Assembly (NCBI GenBank): GCA_964016885.1
Contig: OZ024743.1
Location: 277,016,001-277,080,000, forward strand
Length of the DNA stretch: 64,000 bases
Reading direction: 5' to 3'
Source of the DNA: Eledone cirrhosa
Taxonomy: Eukaryota
In this document: in pieces, positions 12,901-25,626 of the stretch
How the letters are laid out: every line of letters starts with the position of its first letter
How positions within the stretch are numbered: position 1 is the stretch's first letter
Program-made: the position numbers and the translations under genes
Notes under the pieces: model-generated
The model's database searches: none
What the model was told of the DNA's origin: nothing
What the model saw: only the letters and a program-made list of their open reading frames with translations

Positions 12901-14675
12901 ACTGGATAAAATTAAGATTACTGGTGTCTGATACTGGATGAAATTAAGATTACTGGTGTCTGATACTGGATAAAATTAAGATTACTGGTGTCTGATACTG
13001 GATAAAATTAAGATTACTGGTGTCTGATACTGGATAAAATTAAGCTTACTGGTGTCTGATACTGGACAAAATTAAGATTACTGCTGTCTGAAACTGGGGA
13101 AAATTAAGATTACTGGTGTCTGATACTGGTTAAAATTTAGATTACTGGTGTCTGGTACTGCGGAAAATTAAGATTACTGGTGTCTGATACTGGGGAAAAT
13201 TAAGATTACTGGTGTCTGATACTGGATAAAATTAAGATTACTGGTGTCTGATACTGGGGAAAATTAAGATTACTGGAGTCTGATACTGGATAAAATTAAG
13301 ATTACTGGTGTGTGATACTGGGGAAAATTAAGATTACTGGTGTCTGATACTGGGGAAAATTAAGATTACTGGAGTCTGATACTGGATAAAATTAAGATTA
13401 CTGGTGTCTGATACTGGATAAAATTAAGATTACTGGTGTCTGATACTGGATAAAATTAAGATTACTGGTGTCTGATACTGGATAAAATTAAGATTACTGG
13501 TGTCTGATACTGGGGAAAATTAAGATTACTGGTGTCTGATACTGGATAAAATTAACATTACTGGTGTCTGATACTGAATATAATTAAGATTACTGGTGTC
13601 TGATACTGGGGAAAATTAAGATTACTGGAGTCTGATACTGGATAAAATTAAGATTACTGGTGTCTGATACTGGATAAAATTAAGATTACTGGTGTCTGAT
13701 ACTGGATAAAATTAAGATTACTGGTGTCTGATACTGGATAAAATTAAGATTACTGGTGTCTGATACTGGGGAAAATTAAGATTACTGGTGTCTGATACTG
13801 GATAAAATTAACATTACTGGTGTCTGATACTGAATATAATTAAGATTACTGGTGTCTGATACTGTGGAAAATTAAGATTACTGGTGTCTGATACTGGGGA
13901 AAATTAAGATTACTGGTGTCTGATACTGGATAAAATTAAGATTACTGCTGTCTGAAACTGGGGAAAATTAAGATTACTGGTGTCTGATACTGGTTAAAAT
14001 TTAGATTACTGGTGTCTGATACTGCGGAAAATTAAGATTACTGGTGTCTGATACTGGGGAAAATTAAAATTACTGGTGTCTGATACTGGATAAAATTAAG
14101 ATTACTGTTGTCTAATACTGGGGAAAACTAAGATTAATGGTGTCTGATACTGGATAAAATTAAGATTACTGGTGTCTGATACTGGATAAAATTAAGATAA
14201 CTGGTGTCTGATACTGGGGAAAATTATGATTACTGGTGTCTGATACTAGGGAAAATTAAGATTACTGCTGTCTGAAACTGGGGAAAATTATGATTACTGG
14301 TGTCTGATACTGGGGAAAATTAAGATTACTGGTGTCTGATACTGGATAAAATTAAGATTACTGGTATCTGATACTGCGGAAAATTAAGATTACTGGTGTC
14401 TGATACTGGATAAAATTAAGATTACTGGTATCTGATACTGCGGAAAATTAAGATTACTGGTGTCTGATACTGGATAAAATTAACATTACTGGTGTCTGAT
14501 ACTGAATATAATTAAGATTACTGGTGTCTGATACTGGATAAAATTAAGATTACTGGTGTGTGATACTGGGGAAAATTAAGATTACTGGTGTCTGATACTG
14601 GATAAAATTAAGATTACTGGTGTCTGATACTGGATAAAATTATGATTACTGGTGTCTGATACTGGGGAAGATTAA

Positions 14676-15123
14676 CATTACTGGTGTCTGATACTGGTTA
14701 AAATTTAGATTACTGGTGTCTGATACTGGTTAAAATTAAGATTACCGGTGTCTGATACTGGGGAAAATTAAGATTACTGGTGTCTGATACTGGTTAAAAT
14801 TAAGATTACTGGTGTCTGATACTGGGGAAAATTAAGATTACTGGTGTCTGATACTGGTTAAAATTAAGATTACTGGTGTCTGATACTGGGGAAAATTAAG
14901 ATTACTGGTGTCTGATACTGGTTAAAATTAAGATTACTGGTGTTTGATACTGGTTAAAATTAAGATTACTGGTGACTGATACTGGTTAAAATTAAGATTA
15001 CTGGTGTCTGATACTGGGGAAAATTAAGATTACTGGTGTCTGATACTGGTTAAAATTAAGATTACTGGTGTCTGATACTGGGGAAAATTAAGATTACTGG
15101 TGTCTGATACTGGTTAAAATTTA
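14676..15123 (+). repeat. Local block enriched in GGTTAAAATTAAG monomers, mostly alternating with GGGG monomers
   Basis: The GGTT variant, sporadic elsewhere, occupies more than half of the monomers here. Confidence 0.8.
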
Positions 15124-17010
15124 GATTACTGGTGTCTGATACTGGGGAAAATTAAGATTACTGGTGTCTGATACTGGATAAAATTAAGATTACTGGTGTC
15201 TGATACTGCGGAAAATTCAGATTACTGGTGTCTGATACTGGGGAAAATTAAGATTACTGGTGTCTGATGCTGGGGAAATCAAAGATTACTGGTGTCTGAT
15301 ACTGGATAAAATTATGATCACCGGTGTCTGATACTGTGGAAAATTAAGATTACTGGTGTCTGATACTGGGGAAAATTAAGATTACTGGTGTCTGATGCTG
15401 GGGAAATCAAAGATTACTGGTGTCTGATACTGGATAAAATTATGATTACTGGTGTCTGATACTGTGGAAAATTAAGATTACTGGTGTCTGATACTGTGGA
15501 AAATTAAGATTACTGGTGTCTGATACTGGGGAAAATTAAGATTACTGGTGTCTGATACTGGATAAAATTTAGATTACTGGTGTCTGATACTGGATAAAAA
15601 TAAGATTACTGGTGTCTGATACTGGATAAAATTATGATTACTGGTATGTGATACTGGGGAAAATTAAGATTACTGGTGTCTGATACAGGATAAAATTAAG
15701 ATTACTGGTGTCTGATACTGGGGAAAATTAAGATTACTGGTGTCTGATACTGGAGGAAATTAAGATTACTGGTGTATGATACTGGATAAAATTAAGATTA
15801 TTGGTGTGTGATACTAGGGAAAATTAAGATTACTGGTGTCTGATACTGGGGAAAATTAAGATTACTGGTGTCTGATACTGGATAAAATTAAGATTACTGG
15901 TGTCTGATACTGGATAAAATTAATATTACTGGTGTCTGATACTGGATAAAATTAAGATTATTGGTGTGTGATACTAGGGAAAATTAAGATTACTGGTGTC
16001 TGATACTGGGGAAAATTAAGATTACTGGTGTGTGATACTGGATAAAATTAACATTACTGGTGTCTGATACTGGATAAAACTAACATTACTGGTGTCTGAT
16101 ACTGGATAAAACTAACATTACTGGTGTCTGATACTGGGGAAAATTACCATTACTGGTGTCTGATAGTGGATAAAACAAACATTACTGGTGTCTGATACTG
16201 CATAAAATTAAGATTACTGGTGTCTGATACTGGATAAAATTAACATTACTGGTGTCTGATACTGAATATAATTAAGATTACTGGTGTCTGATACTGGATA
16301 AAATTAAGATTACTGGTGTGTGATACTGGGGAAAATTAAGATTACTGGTGTCTGATACTGGTTAAAATTTAGATTACTGGTGTCTGATACTGCGGAAAAT
16401 TAAGATTACTGGTGTCTGATACTGGGGAAAATTAAGATTACTGGTGTCTAATACTGGGGAAAACTAAGATCACTGGTGTCTCATACTGGATAAAATTAAG
16501 ATTACTGGTGTCTGATACTGCGGAAAATTAAGATTACTGGTGTCTGATACTGGGGAAAATTAAGATTACTGGTGTCTTATGCTGGGGAATTAAAGATTAC
16601 TGGTGTCTGATACTGGATAAAATTATGATTAGCGGTGTCTGATACTGTGGAAAATTAAGATTACTGGTTTCTGATACTGGGGAAAATTAAGATTACTGGT
16701 GTCTGATGCTGGGGAAATCAAAGATCACTGGTGTCTGATACTGGTTAAAATTATGATTACTGGTGTCTGATACTGAGGAAAATTAAGATTACTGGTGTCT
16801 GATACTGTGGAAAATTAAGATTACTGGTGTCTGATACTGGGGAAAATTAAGATTACTGGTGTCTGATACTGGATAAAATTAAGATTACTGGTGTCTGATA
16901 CTGGATAAAATTAAGGTTACTGGTGTCTGATACTGGATAAAATTATGATTACTGGTATGTGATACTGGGGAAAATTAAGATTACTGGTGTCTGATACAGG
17001 ATAAAATTAA

Positions 17011-17362
17011 GATTATTGGTGTCTGATACTGGGGAAAATTAAGATTACTGGTGTCTGATACTGGGGAAAATTAAGATTACTGGTGTATGATACTGGGGAA
17101 AATTAAGATTACTGGTGTCTGATACTGGGGAAAATTAAGATTACTGGTGTCTGATACTGGGGAAAATTAAGATTACTGGTGTCTGATACTGGGGAAAATT
17201 AAGATTACTGGTGTCTGATACTGGGGAAAATTAAGATTACTGGTGTCTGATACTGGGGAAAATTAAGATTACTGGTGTCTGATACTGGGGAAAATTAAGA
17301 TTACTGGTGTCTGATACTGGGGAAAATTAAGATTACTGGTGTCTGATACTGGGGAAAATTAA
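17011..17362 (+). repeat. Homogeneous run of 11 GG-type monomers (8 consecutive identical, 17107-17362)
   Basis: GATTACTGGTGTCTGATACTGGGGAAAATTAA repeats with no AT-type monomer in this span. Confidence 0.88.
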
Positions 17363-18949
17363 GATTACTGGTGTCTGATACTGGATAAAATTATGATTAC
17401 CGGTGTCTGATACTGTGGAAAATTAAGATTACTGGTGTCTGATACTGTGAAAAATTAAGATTACTGGTGTCTGATACTGGGGAAAATTAAGATTACTGGT
17501 GTCTGATACTGGATAAAATTAAGATTACTGGTGTCTGATACTGGATAAAAATAAGATTACTGGTGTCTGATACTGGATAAAATTATGATTACTGGTATGT
17601 GATACTGGGGAAAATTAAGATTACTGGTGTCTGATACTGGGGAAAATTAAGATTACTGGTGTCTGATACTGGGGAAAATTAAGATTACTGATGTATGATA
17701 CTGGATAAAATTAAGATTATTGGTGTGTGATACTAGGGAAAATTAAGATTACTGGTGTCTGATACTGGGGAAAATTAAGATTACTGGTGTCTGATACTGG
17801 ATAAAATTAAGATTACTGGTGTCTGATACTGGATAAAATTAATATTACTGGTGTCTGATACTGGATAAAATTAAGATTATTGGTGTGTGATACTAGGGAA
17901 AATTAAGATTACTAGTGTATGATACTGGGGAAAATTAAGATTACTGGTGTGTGATACTGGATAAAATTAACATTACTGGTGTCTGATACTGGATAAAACT
18001 AACATTACTGGTGTCTGATACTGGATAAAACTAACATTACTGGTGTCTGATACTGGGGAAAATTACCATTACTGGTGTCTGATAGTGGATAAACAAACAT
18101 TACTGGTGTCTGATACTGCATAAAGTTAAGATTACTGGTGTCTGATACTGGATAAAATTAACATTACTGGTGTCTGATACTGGATAAAATTATGATTACT
18201 GGTGTGTGATACTGGGTAAAATTAAGATTACTGGTGTCTGATACTGGTTAAAATTTAGATTACTGGTGTCTGATACTGCGGAAAATTAAGATTACTGGTG
18301 TCTGATACTGGGGAAAATTAAGATTACTGGTGTCTAATACTGGGGAAAACTAAGATCACTGGTGTCTGATACTGGATAAAATTAAGATAACTGGTGTCTG
18401 ATACTGGGGAAAATTATGATTACTGGTGTCTGATACTGGGGAAAATTAAGATTACTGGTGTCTGTTACTGGATAAAATTAAGATTACTGGTGTCTGATAC
18501 TGCGGAAAATTAAGATTACTGGTGTCTGATACTGGGGAAAATTAAGATTACTGGTGTCTGATGCTGGGGAAATCAAAGATTACTGGTGTCTGATACTGGA
18601 TAAAATTATGATTACCGGTGTCTGATACTGTGGAAAATTAAGATTACTGGTGTCTGATACTGGGGAAAATTAAGATTACTGGTGTCTGATGCTGGGAAAA
18701 TCAAAGATTACTGGTGTCTGATACTGGATAAAATTATGATTACTGGTGTCTGATACTGTGGAAAATTAAGATTACTGGTGTCTGATACTGTGGAAAATTA
18801 AGATTACTGGTGTCTGATACTGGGGAAAATTAAGATTACTGGTGTCTGATACTGGATAAAATTAAGATTACTGGTGTCTGATACTGGATAAAATTAAGGT
18901 TACTGGTGTCTGATACTGGATAAAATTATGATTACTGGTATGTGATACT

Positions 18950-19650
18950 GGGGAAAATTAAGATTACTGGTGTCTGATACAGGATAAAATTAAGATTACT
19001 GGTGTTTGATACTGGGGAAAATTAAGATTACTGGTGTGTGATACTGGGGAAAATTAAGATTACTGGTGTCTGATACTGGATAAAATTAAGATTACTGGTG
19101 TGTGATACTGGGGAAAATTAAGATTAGTGGTGTCTGATACTGGATAAAATTAACATTACTGGTGTCTGATACTGGATAAAATTAAGATTACTGGTGTGTG
19201 ATACTGGGGAAAATTAAGATTACTGGTGTCTGATACTGGATAAAATTAAGATTACTGGTGTCTGATACTGGACAAAATTAAGATTACTGCTGTCTAAAAC
19301 TGGGGAAAATTAAGATTACTGGTGTCTAATACTGGTTAAAATGTAGATTACTGGTGTCTGATACTGCGGAAAATTAAGATTACTGGTGTCTGATACTGGG
19401 GAAAATTAAGATTACTGGTGTCTGATTCTGGATAAAATTAAGATTACTGGTGTCTAATACTGGGGAAAACTAAGATTAATGGTGTCTGATACTGGATAAA
19501 ATTAAGATTACTGGTGTCTGATACTGGATAAAATTAAGATAACTGGTGTCTGATACTGGGGAAAATTATGATTACTGGTGTCTGATACTGGGGAAAATTA
19601 AGATTACTGCTGTCTGAAACTGGCGAAAATTAAGATTACTGGTGTCTGAT
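18950..19650 (+). repeat. Duplicated block (copy at ~21894-22594; related copies near 57.6-58.1 kb and 63.5-64 kb)
   Basis: GGTGTTTGAT 19001/21945 and AAAATGTAG (G at 19343/22287) recur at offset 2944 = 92 monomers. GAAACTGGCG is also shared. Boundaries are approximate. Confidence 0.82.
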
Positions 19651-22600
19651 ACTGGATAAAATTATGATTACTGGTGTCTGATACTGGATAAAATTAAGAT
19701 AACTGGTGTCTGATACTGGGGAAAATTAAGATTACTGGTGTCTGATACTGGTTAAAATTAAGATTACTGGTGTCTAATACTGGGGAAAACTAAGATCACT
19801 GGTGTCTGATACTGGATAAAATTAAGTTTACTGGTGTCTGATACTGGATAAAATTAAGATTACTGGTGTCTGATACTGGATAAAATTAAGATAACTGGTG
19901 TCTGAAACTGGGGAAAATTATGATTACTGGTGTCTGATACTGGGGAAAATTAAGATTACTGGTGTCTGATACTGGATAAAATTAAGATTACTGGTGTCTG
20001 ATACTGCGGAAAATTAAGATTACTGGTGTCTGATACTGGGGAAAATTAAGATTACTGGTGTCTGATGCTGGGGAAATCAAAGATTACTGGTGTCTGATAC
20101 TGGATAAAATTATGATTACCGGTGTCTGATACTGTGGAAAATTAAGATTACTGGTGTATGATACTGGGGAAAATTAAGATTACTGGTGTCTGATGCTGGG
20201 GAAATCAAAGATTACTGGTGTCTGATACTGGATAAAATTATGATTACTGGTGTCTGATACTGTGGAAAATTAAGATTACTGGCGTCTGATACTGTGGAAA
20301 ATTAAGATTACTGGTGTCTGATACTGGGGAAAATTAAGATTACTGGTGTCTGATACTGGATAAAATTAAGATTACTGGTGTCTGATACTGGATAAAATTA
20401 AGATTACTGGTGTCTGATACTGGATAAAATTAAGATTACTGGTGTCTGATACTGGATAAAATTAAGATTACTGGTGTCTGATACTGGATAAAATTAAGAT
20501 TACTGGTGTCTGATACTGGATAAAATTATGATTACTGGTGTGTGATAATGGGGAAAATTAAGATTACTGGTGTCTGATACTGGATAAAATTAAGATTACT
20601 GGTGTCTGATACTGGATAAAATTAAGATTACTGGTGTCTGATACTGGATAAAATTATGATTACTGGTGTGTGATAATGGGGAAAATTAAGATTACTGGTG
20701 TCTGATACTGGATAAAATTATGATTACTGGTGTGTGATACTGGGGAAAATTAAGATTACTGGTGTCTGATACTGGATAAAATTAAGATTACTGGTGTCTG
20801 ATACTGGATAAAATTAAGATTACTGGTGTCTGATACTGGATAAAATTATGATTACTGGTGTGTGATAATGGGGAAAATTAAGATTACTGGTGTCTGATAC
20901 TGGATAAAATTAAGATTACTGCTGTCTGAAACTGGGGAAAATTAAGATTACTGGTGCGTGATACTGGGGAAAATTAAGATTACTGGTGTCTGATACTGGT
21001 TAAAATTTAGATTACTGGTGCGTGATACTGGGGAAAATTAAGATTACTGGTGTCTGATACTGGATAAAATTAACATTACTGGTGTCTGATACTGGTTAAA
21101 ATTTAGATTACTGGTGTCTGATACTGGATAAAATTAAGATTACTGGTGTCTGATACTGGATAAAATTAAGATTACTGCTGTCTGAAACTGGGGAAAATTA
21201 AGATTACTGGTGCGTGATACTGGTTAAAATTAAGATTACTGGTGTCTAATACTGGGGAAAACTAAGATCACTGGTGTCTGATACTGGATAAAATTAAGAT
21301 TACTGGTGTCTGATACTGGATAAAATTAAGATTACTGGTGTCTGATACTGGGGAAAATTAAGATTACTGGTGTCTGATACTGGATAAAATTAAGATTACT
21401 GGTGTCTGATACTGGATAAAATTATGATTACTGGTGTGTGATACTGGGGAAAATTAAGATTACTGGTGTCTGATACTGGATAAAATTAAGATTACTGGTG
21501 TCTGATACTGGATAAAATTATGATTACTGGTGTGTGATACTGGGGAAGATTAAGATTACTGGTGTCTGATACTGGATAAAATTAAGATTACTGGTGTTTG
21601 ATACTGGGGAAAATTAAGATTACTGGTGTGTGATACTGGGGAAAATTAAGATTACTGGTGTCTGATACTGGATAAAATTAAGATTACTGGTGTGTGATAC
21701 TGGGGAAAATTAAGATTACTGGTGTGTGATACTGGGGAAAATTAAGATTACTGGTGTCTGATACTGGATAAAATTAAGATTACTGGTGTGTGATACTGGG
21801 GAAAATTAAGATTACTGGTGTGTGATACTGGGGAAAATTAAGATTACTGGTGTCTGATACTGGATAAAATTAAGATTACTGGTGTCTGATACTGGGGAAA
21901 ATTAAGATTACTGGTGTCTGATACAGGATAAAATTAAGATTACTGGTGTTTGATACTGGGGAAAATTAAGATTACTGGTGTGTGATACTGGGGAAAATTA
22001 AGATTACTGGTGTCTGATACTGGATAAAATTAAGATTACTGGTGTGTGATACTGGGGAAAATTAAGATTAGTGGTGTCTGATACTGGATAAAATTAACAT
22101 TACTGGTGTCTGATACTGGATAAAATTAAGATTACTGGTGTGTGATACTGGGGAAAATTAAGATTACTGGTGTCTGATACTGGATAAAATTAAGATTACT
22201 GGTGTCTGATACTGGACAAAATTAAGATTACTGCTGTCTAAAACTGGGGAAAATTAAGATTACTGGTGTCTAATACTGGTTAAAATGTAGATTACTGGTG
22301 TCTGATACTGCGGAAAATTAAGATTACTGGTGTCTGATACTGGGGAAAATTAAGATTACTGGTGTCTGATTCTGGATAAAATTAAGATTACTGGTGTCTA
22401 ATAATGGGGAAAACTAAGATTAATGGTGTCTGATACTGGATAAAATTAAGATTACTGGTGTCTGATACTGGATAAAATTAAGATAACTGGTGTCTGATAC
22501 TGGGGAAAATTATGATTACTGGTGTCTGATACTGGGGAAAATTAAGATTACTGCTGTCTGAAACTGGCGAAAATTAAGATTACTGGTGTCTGATACTGGA

Positions 22601-25600
22601 TAAAATTAAGATTACTGGTGTCTGATACTGGATAAAATTAAGATTATTGGTGTGTGATACTAGGGAAAATTAAGATTACTGGTGTCTGATACTGGGGAAA
22701 ATTAAGATTACTGCTGTCTGAAACTGGCGAAAATTAAGATTACTGGTGTCTGATACTGGATAAAATTGATATTACTGGTGTCTGATACTGGATAAAATTA
22801 AGATAACTGGTGTCTGATACTGGGGAAAATTATGATTACTGGTGTCTGATACTGGATAAAATTAACATTACTGGTGTCTGATACTGGGGAAAATTACCAT
22901 TACTGGTGTCTGATACTGGATAAAACAAACATTACTGGTGTTTGATACTGCATAAAATTAAGATTACTGGTGTCTGATACTGGATAAAATTAAGATTACT
23001 GGTGTGTGATACTGGATAAAATTAACATTACTGGTGTCTGACACTGGATAAAATTATGATTACTGGTGGGTGATACTGGGGAAAATTAAGATTACTGGTG
23101 TCTGATACTGGTTAAAATTAAGATTACTGGTGTCTAATACTGGGGAAAACTAAGATCACTGGTGTCTGATACTGGATAAAATTAAGTTTACTGGTGTCTG
23201 ATTCTGGATAAAATTAAGATTACTGGTGTCTGATACTGGGGAAAATTAAGATTACTGCTGTCTGATACTGGATAAAATTAAGATTACTGGTGTCTGATAC
23301 TGGATAAAATTAACATTACTGGTGTCTGATACTGCATAAAATTAAGATTACTGGTGTCTGATACTGGGGAAAATTAAGATTACTGGTGTCTGATACTGGA
23401 TAAAATTAAGATTACTGGTGTCTGATACTGGGGAAAACTAAGATCACTGGTGTCTGATACTGGATAAAATTAAGTTTACTGGTGTCTGATACTGGATAAA
23501 ATTAAGATTACTGGTGTCTGATACTGGATAAAATTAACATTACTGGTGTCTGATACTGCATAAAATTAAGATTACTGGTGTCTGATACTGGGGAAAATTA
23601 AGATTACTGGTGTCTGATACTGGATAAAATTAAGATTACTGGTGTCTGATACTGGATAAAATTAACATTACTGGTGTCTGATACTGGATAAAATTATGAT
23701 TACTGGTGGGTGATACTGGGGAAAATTAAGATTACTGGTGTCTGATACTGGTTAAAATTAAGATTACTGGTGTCTAATACTGGGGAAAACTAAGATCACT
23801 GGTGTCTGATACTGGATAAAATTAAGTTTACTGGTGTCTGATACTGGATAAAATTAAGATTACTGGTGTCTGATACTGGATAAAATTAAGATAACTGGTG
23901 TCTGAAACTGGGGAAAATTATGATTACTGGTGTCTGATACTGGGGAAAATTAAGATTACTGGTGTCTGATACTGGATAAAATTAAGATTACTGGTGTCTG
24001 ATACTGCGGAAAATTAAGATTACTGGTGTCTGATACTGGGGAAAATTAAGATTACTGGTGTCTGATGCTGGGGAAATCAAAGATTACTGGTGTCTGATAC
24101 TGGATAAAATTATGATTACCGGTGTCTGATACTGTGGAAAATTAAGATTACTGGTGTATGATACTGGGGAAAATTAAGATTACTGGTGTCTGATGCTGGG
24201 GAAATCAAAGATTACTGGTGTCTGATACTGGATAAAATTATGATTACTGGTGTCTGATACTGTGGAAAATTAAGATTACTGGCGTCTGATACTGTGGAAA
24301 ATTAAGATTACTGGTGTCTGATACTGGGGAAAATTAAGATTACTGGTGTCTGATACTGGATAAAATTAAGATTACTGGTGTCTGATACTGGATAAAATTA
24401 AGATTACTGGTGTGTGATACTGGGGAAAATTAAGATTAGTGGTGTCTGATACTGGATAAAATTAAGATTACTGGTGTCTGATACTGGATAAAATTAAGAT
24501 TACTGGTGTCTGATACTGGATAAAATTATGATTACTGGTGCGTGATACTGGGGAAAATTAAGATTACTGGTGTCTGATACTGGTTAAAATTAAGATTACT
24601 GGTGTCTAATACTGGGGAAAACTAAGATCACTGGTGTCTGATACTGGATAAAATTAAGTTTACTGGTGTCTGATACTGGATAAAATTAAGATTACTGGTG
24701 TCTGATACTGGATAAAATTAAGATAACTGGTGTCTGAAACTGGGGAAAATTATGATTACTGGTGTCTGATACTGGGGAAAATTAAGATTACTGGCGTCTG
24801 ATACTGTGGAAAATTAAGATTACTGGTGTCTGATACTGGATAAAATTAAGATTACTGGTGTCTGATACTGGATAAAATTAAGATTACTGGTGTCTAATAC
24901 TGGATAAAATTATGATTACTGGTGTGTGATAATGGGGAAAATTAAGATTACTGGTGTCTGATACTGGATAAAATTAAGATTACTGCTGTCTGAAACTGGG
25001 GAAAATTAAGATTACTGGTGTCTGATACTGCGGAAAATTAAGATTACTGGTGTCTGATACTGGGGAAAATTAAGATTACTGGTGTCTGATACTGGGGAAA
25101 ATTAAGATTACTGGTGTCTGATACTGGATAAAATTAAGATTACTGGTGTCTGATACTGGATAAAATTAACATTACTGGTGTCTGATACTGGGGAAAATTT
25201 AGATTACTGGTGTCTGATACTGCGGAAAATTAAGATTACTGGTGTCTGATACTGGGGAAAATTAAGATTACTGGTGTCTGATACTGGATAAAATTAAGAT
25301 TACTGGTGTCTGATACTGGATAAAATTAACATTACTGGTGTCTGATACTGGATAAAATTATGATTACTGGTGCGTGATACTGGGGAAAATTAAGATTACT
25401 GGTGTCTGATACTGGTTAAAATTAAGATTACTGGTGTCTAATACTGGGGAAAACTAAGATCACTGGTGTCTGATACTGGATAAAATTAAGTTTACTGGTG
25501 TCTGATACTGGATAAAATTAAGATTACTGGTGTCTGATACTGGATAAAATTAAGATAACTGGTGTCTGAAACTGGGGAAAATTATGATTACTGGTGTCTG

Positions 25601-25626
25601 ATACTGGGGAAAATTAAGATTACTGG

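Noticed and set aside
17011-17362. G-quadruplex from repeated GGGG tracts
   Set aside because: The G4 tracts are separated by 28-nt loops, far beyond canonical spacing. The only additional G runs are GG.
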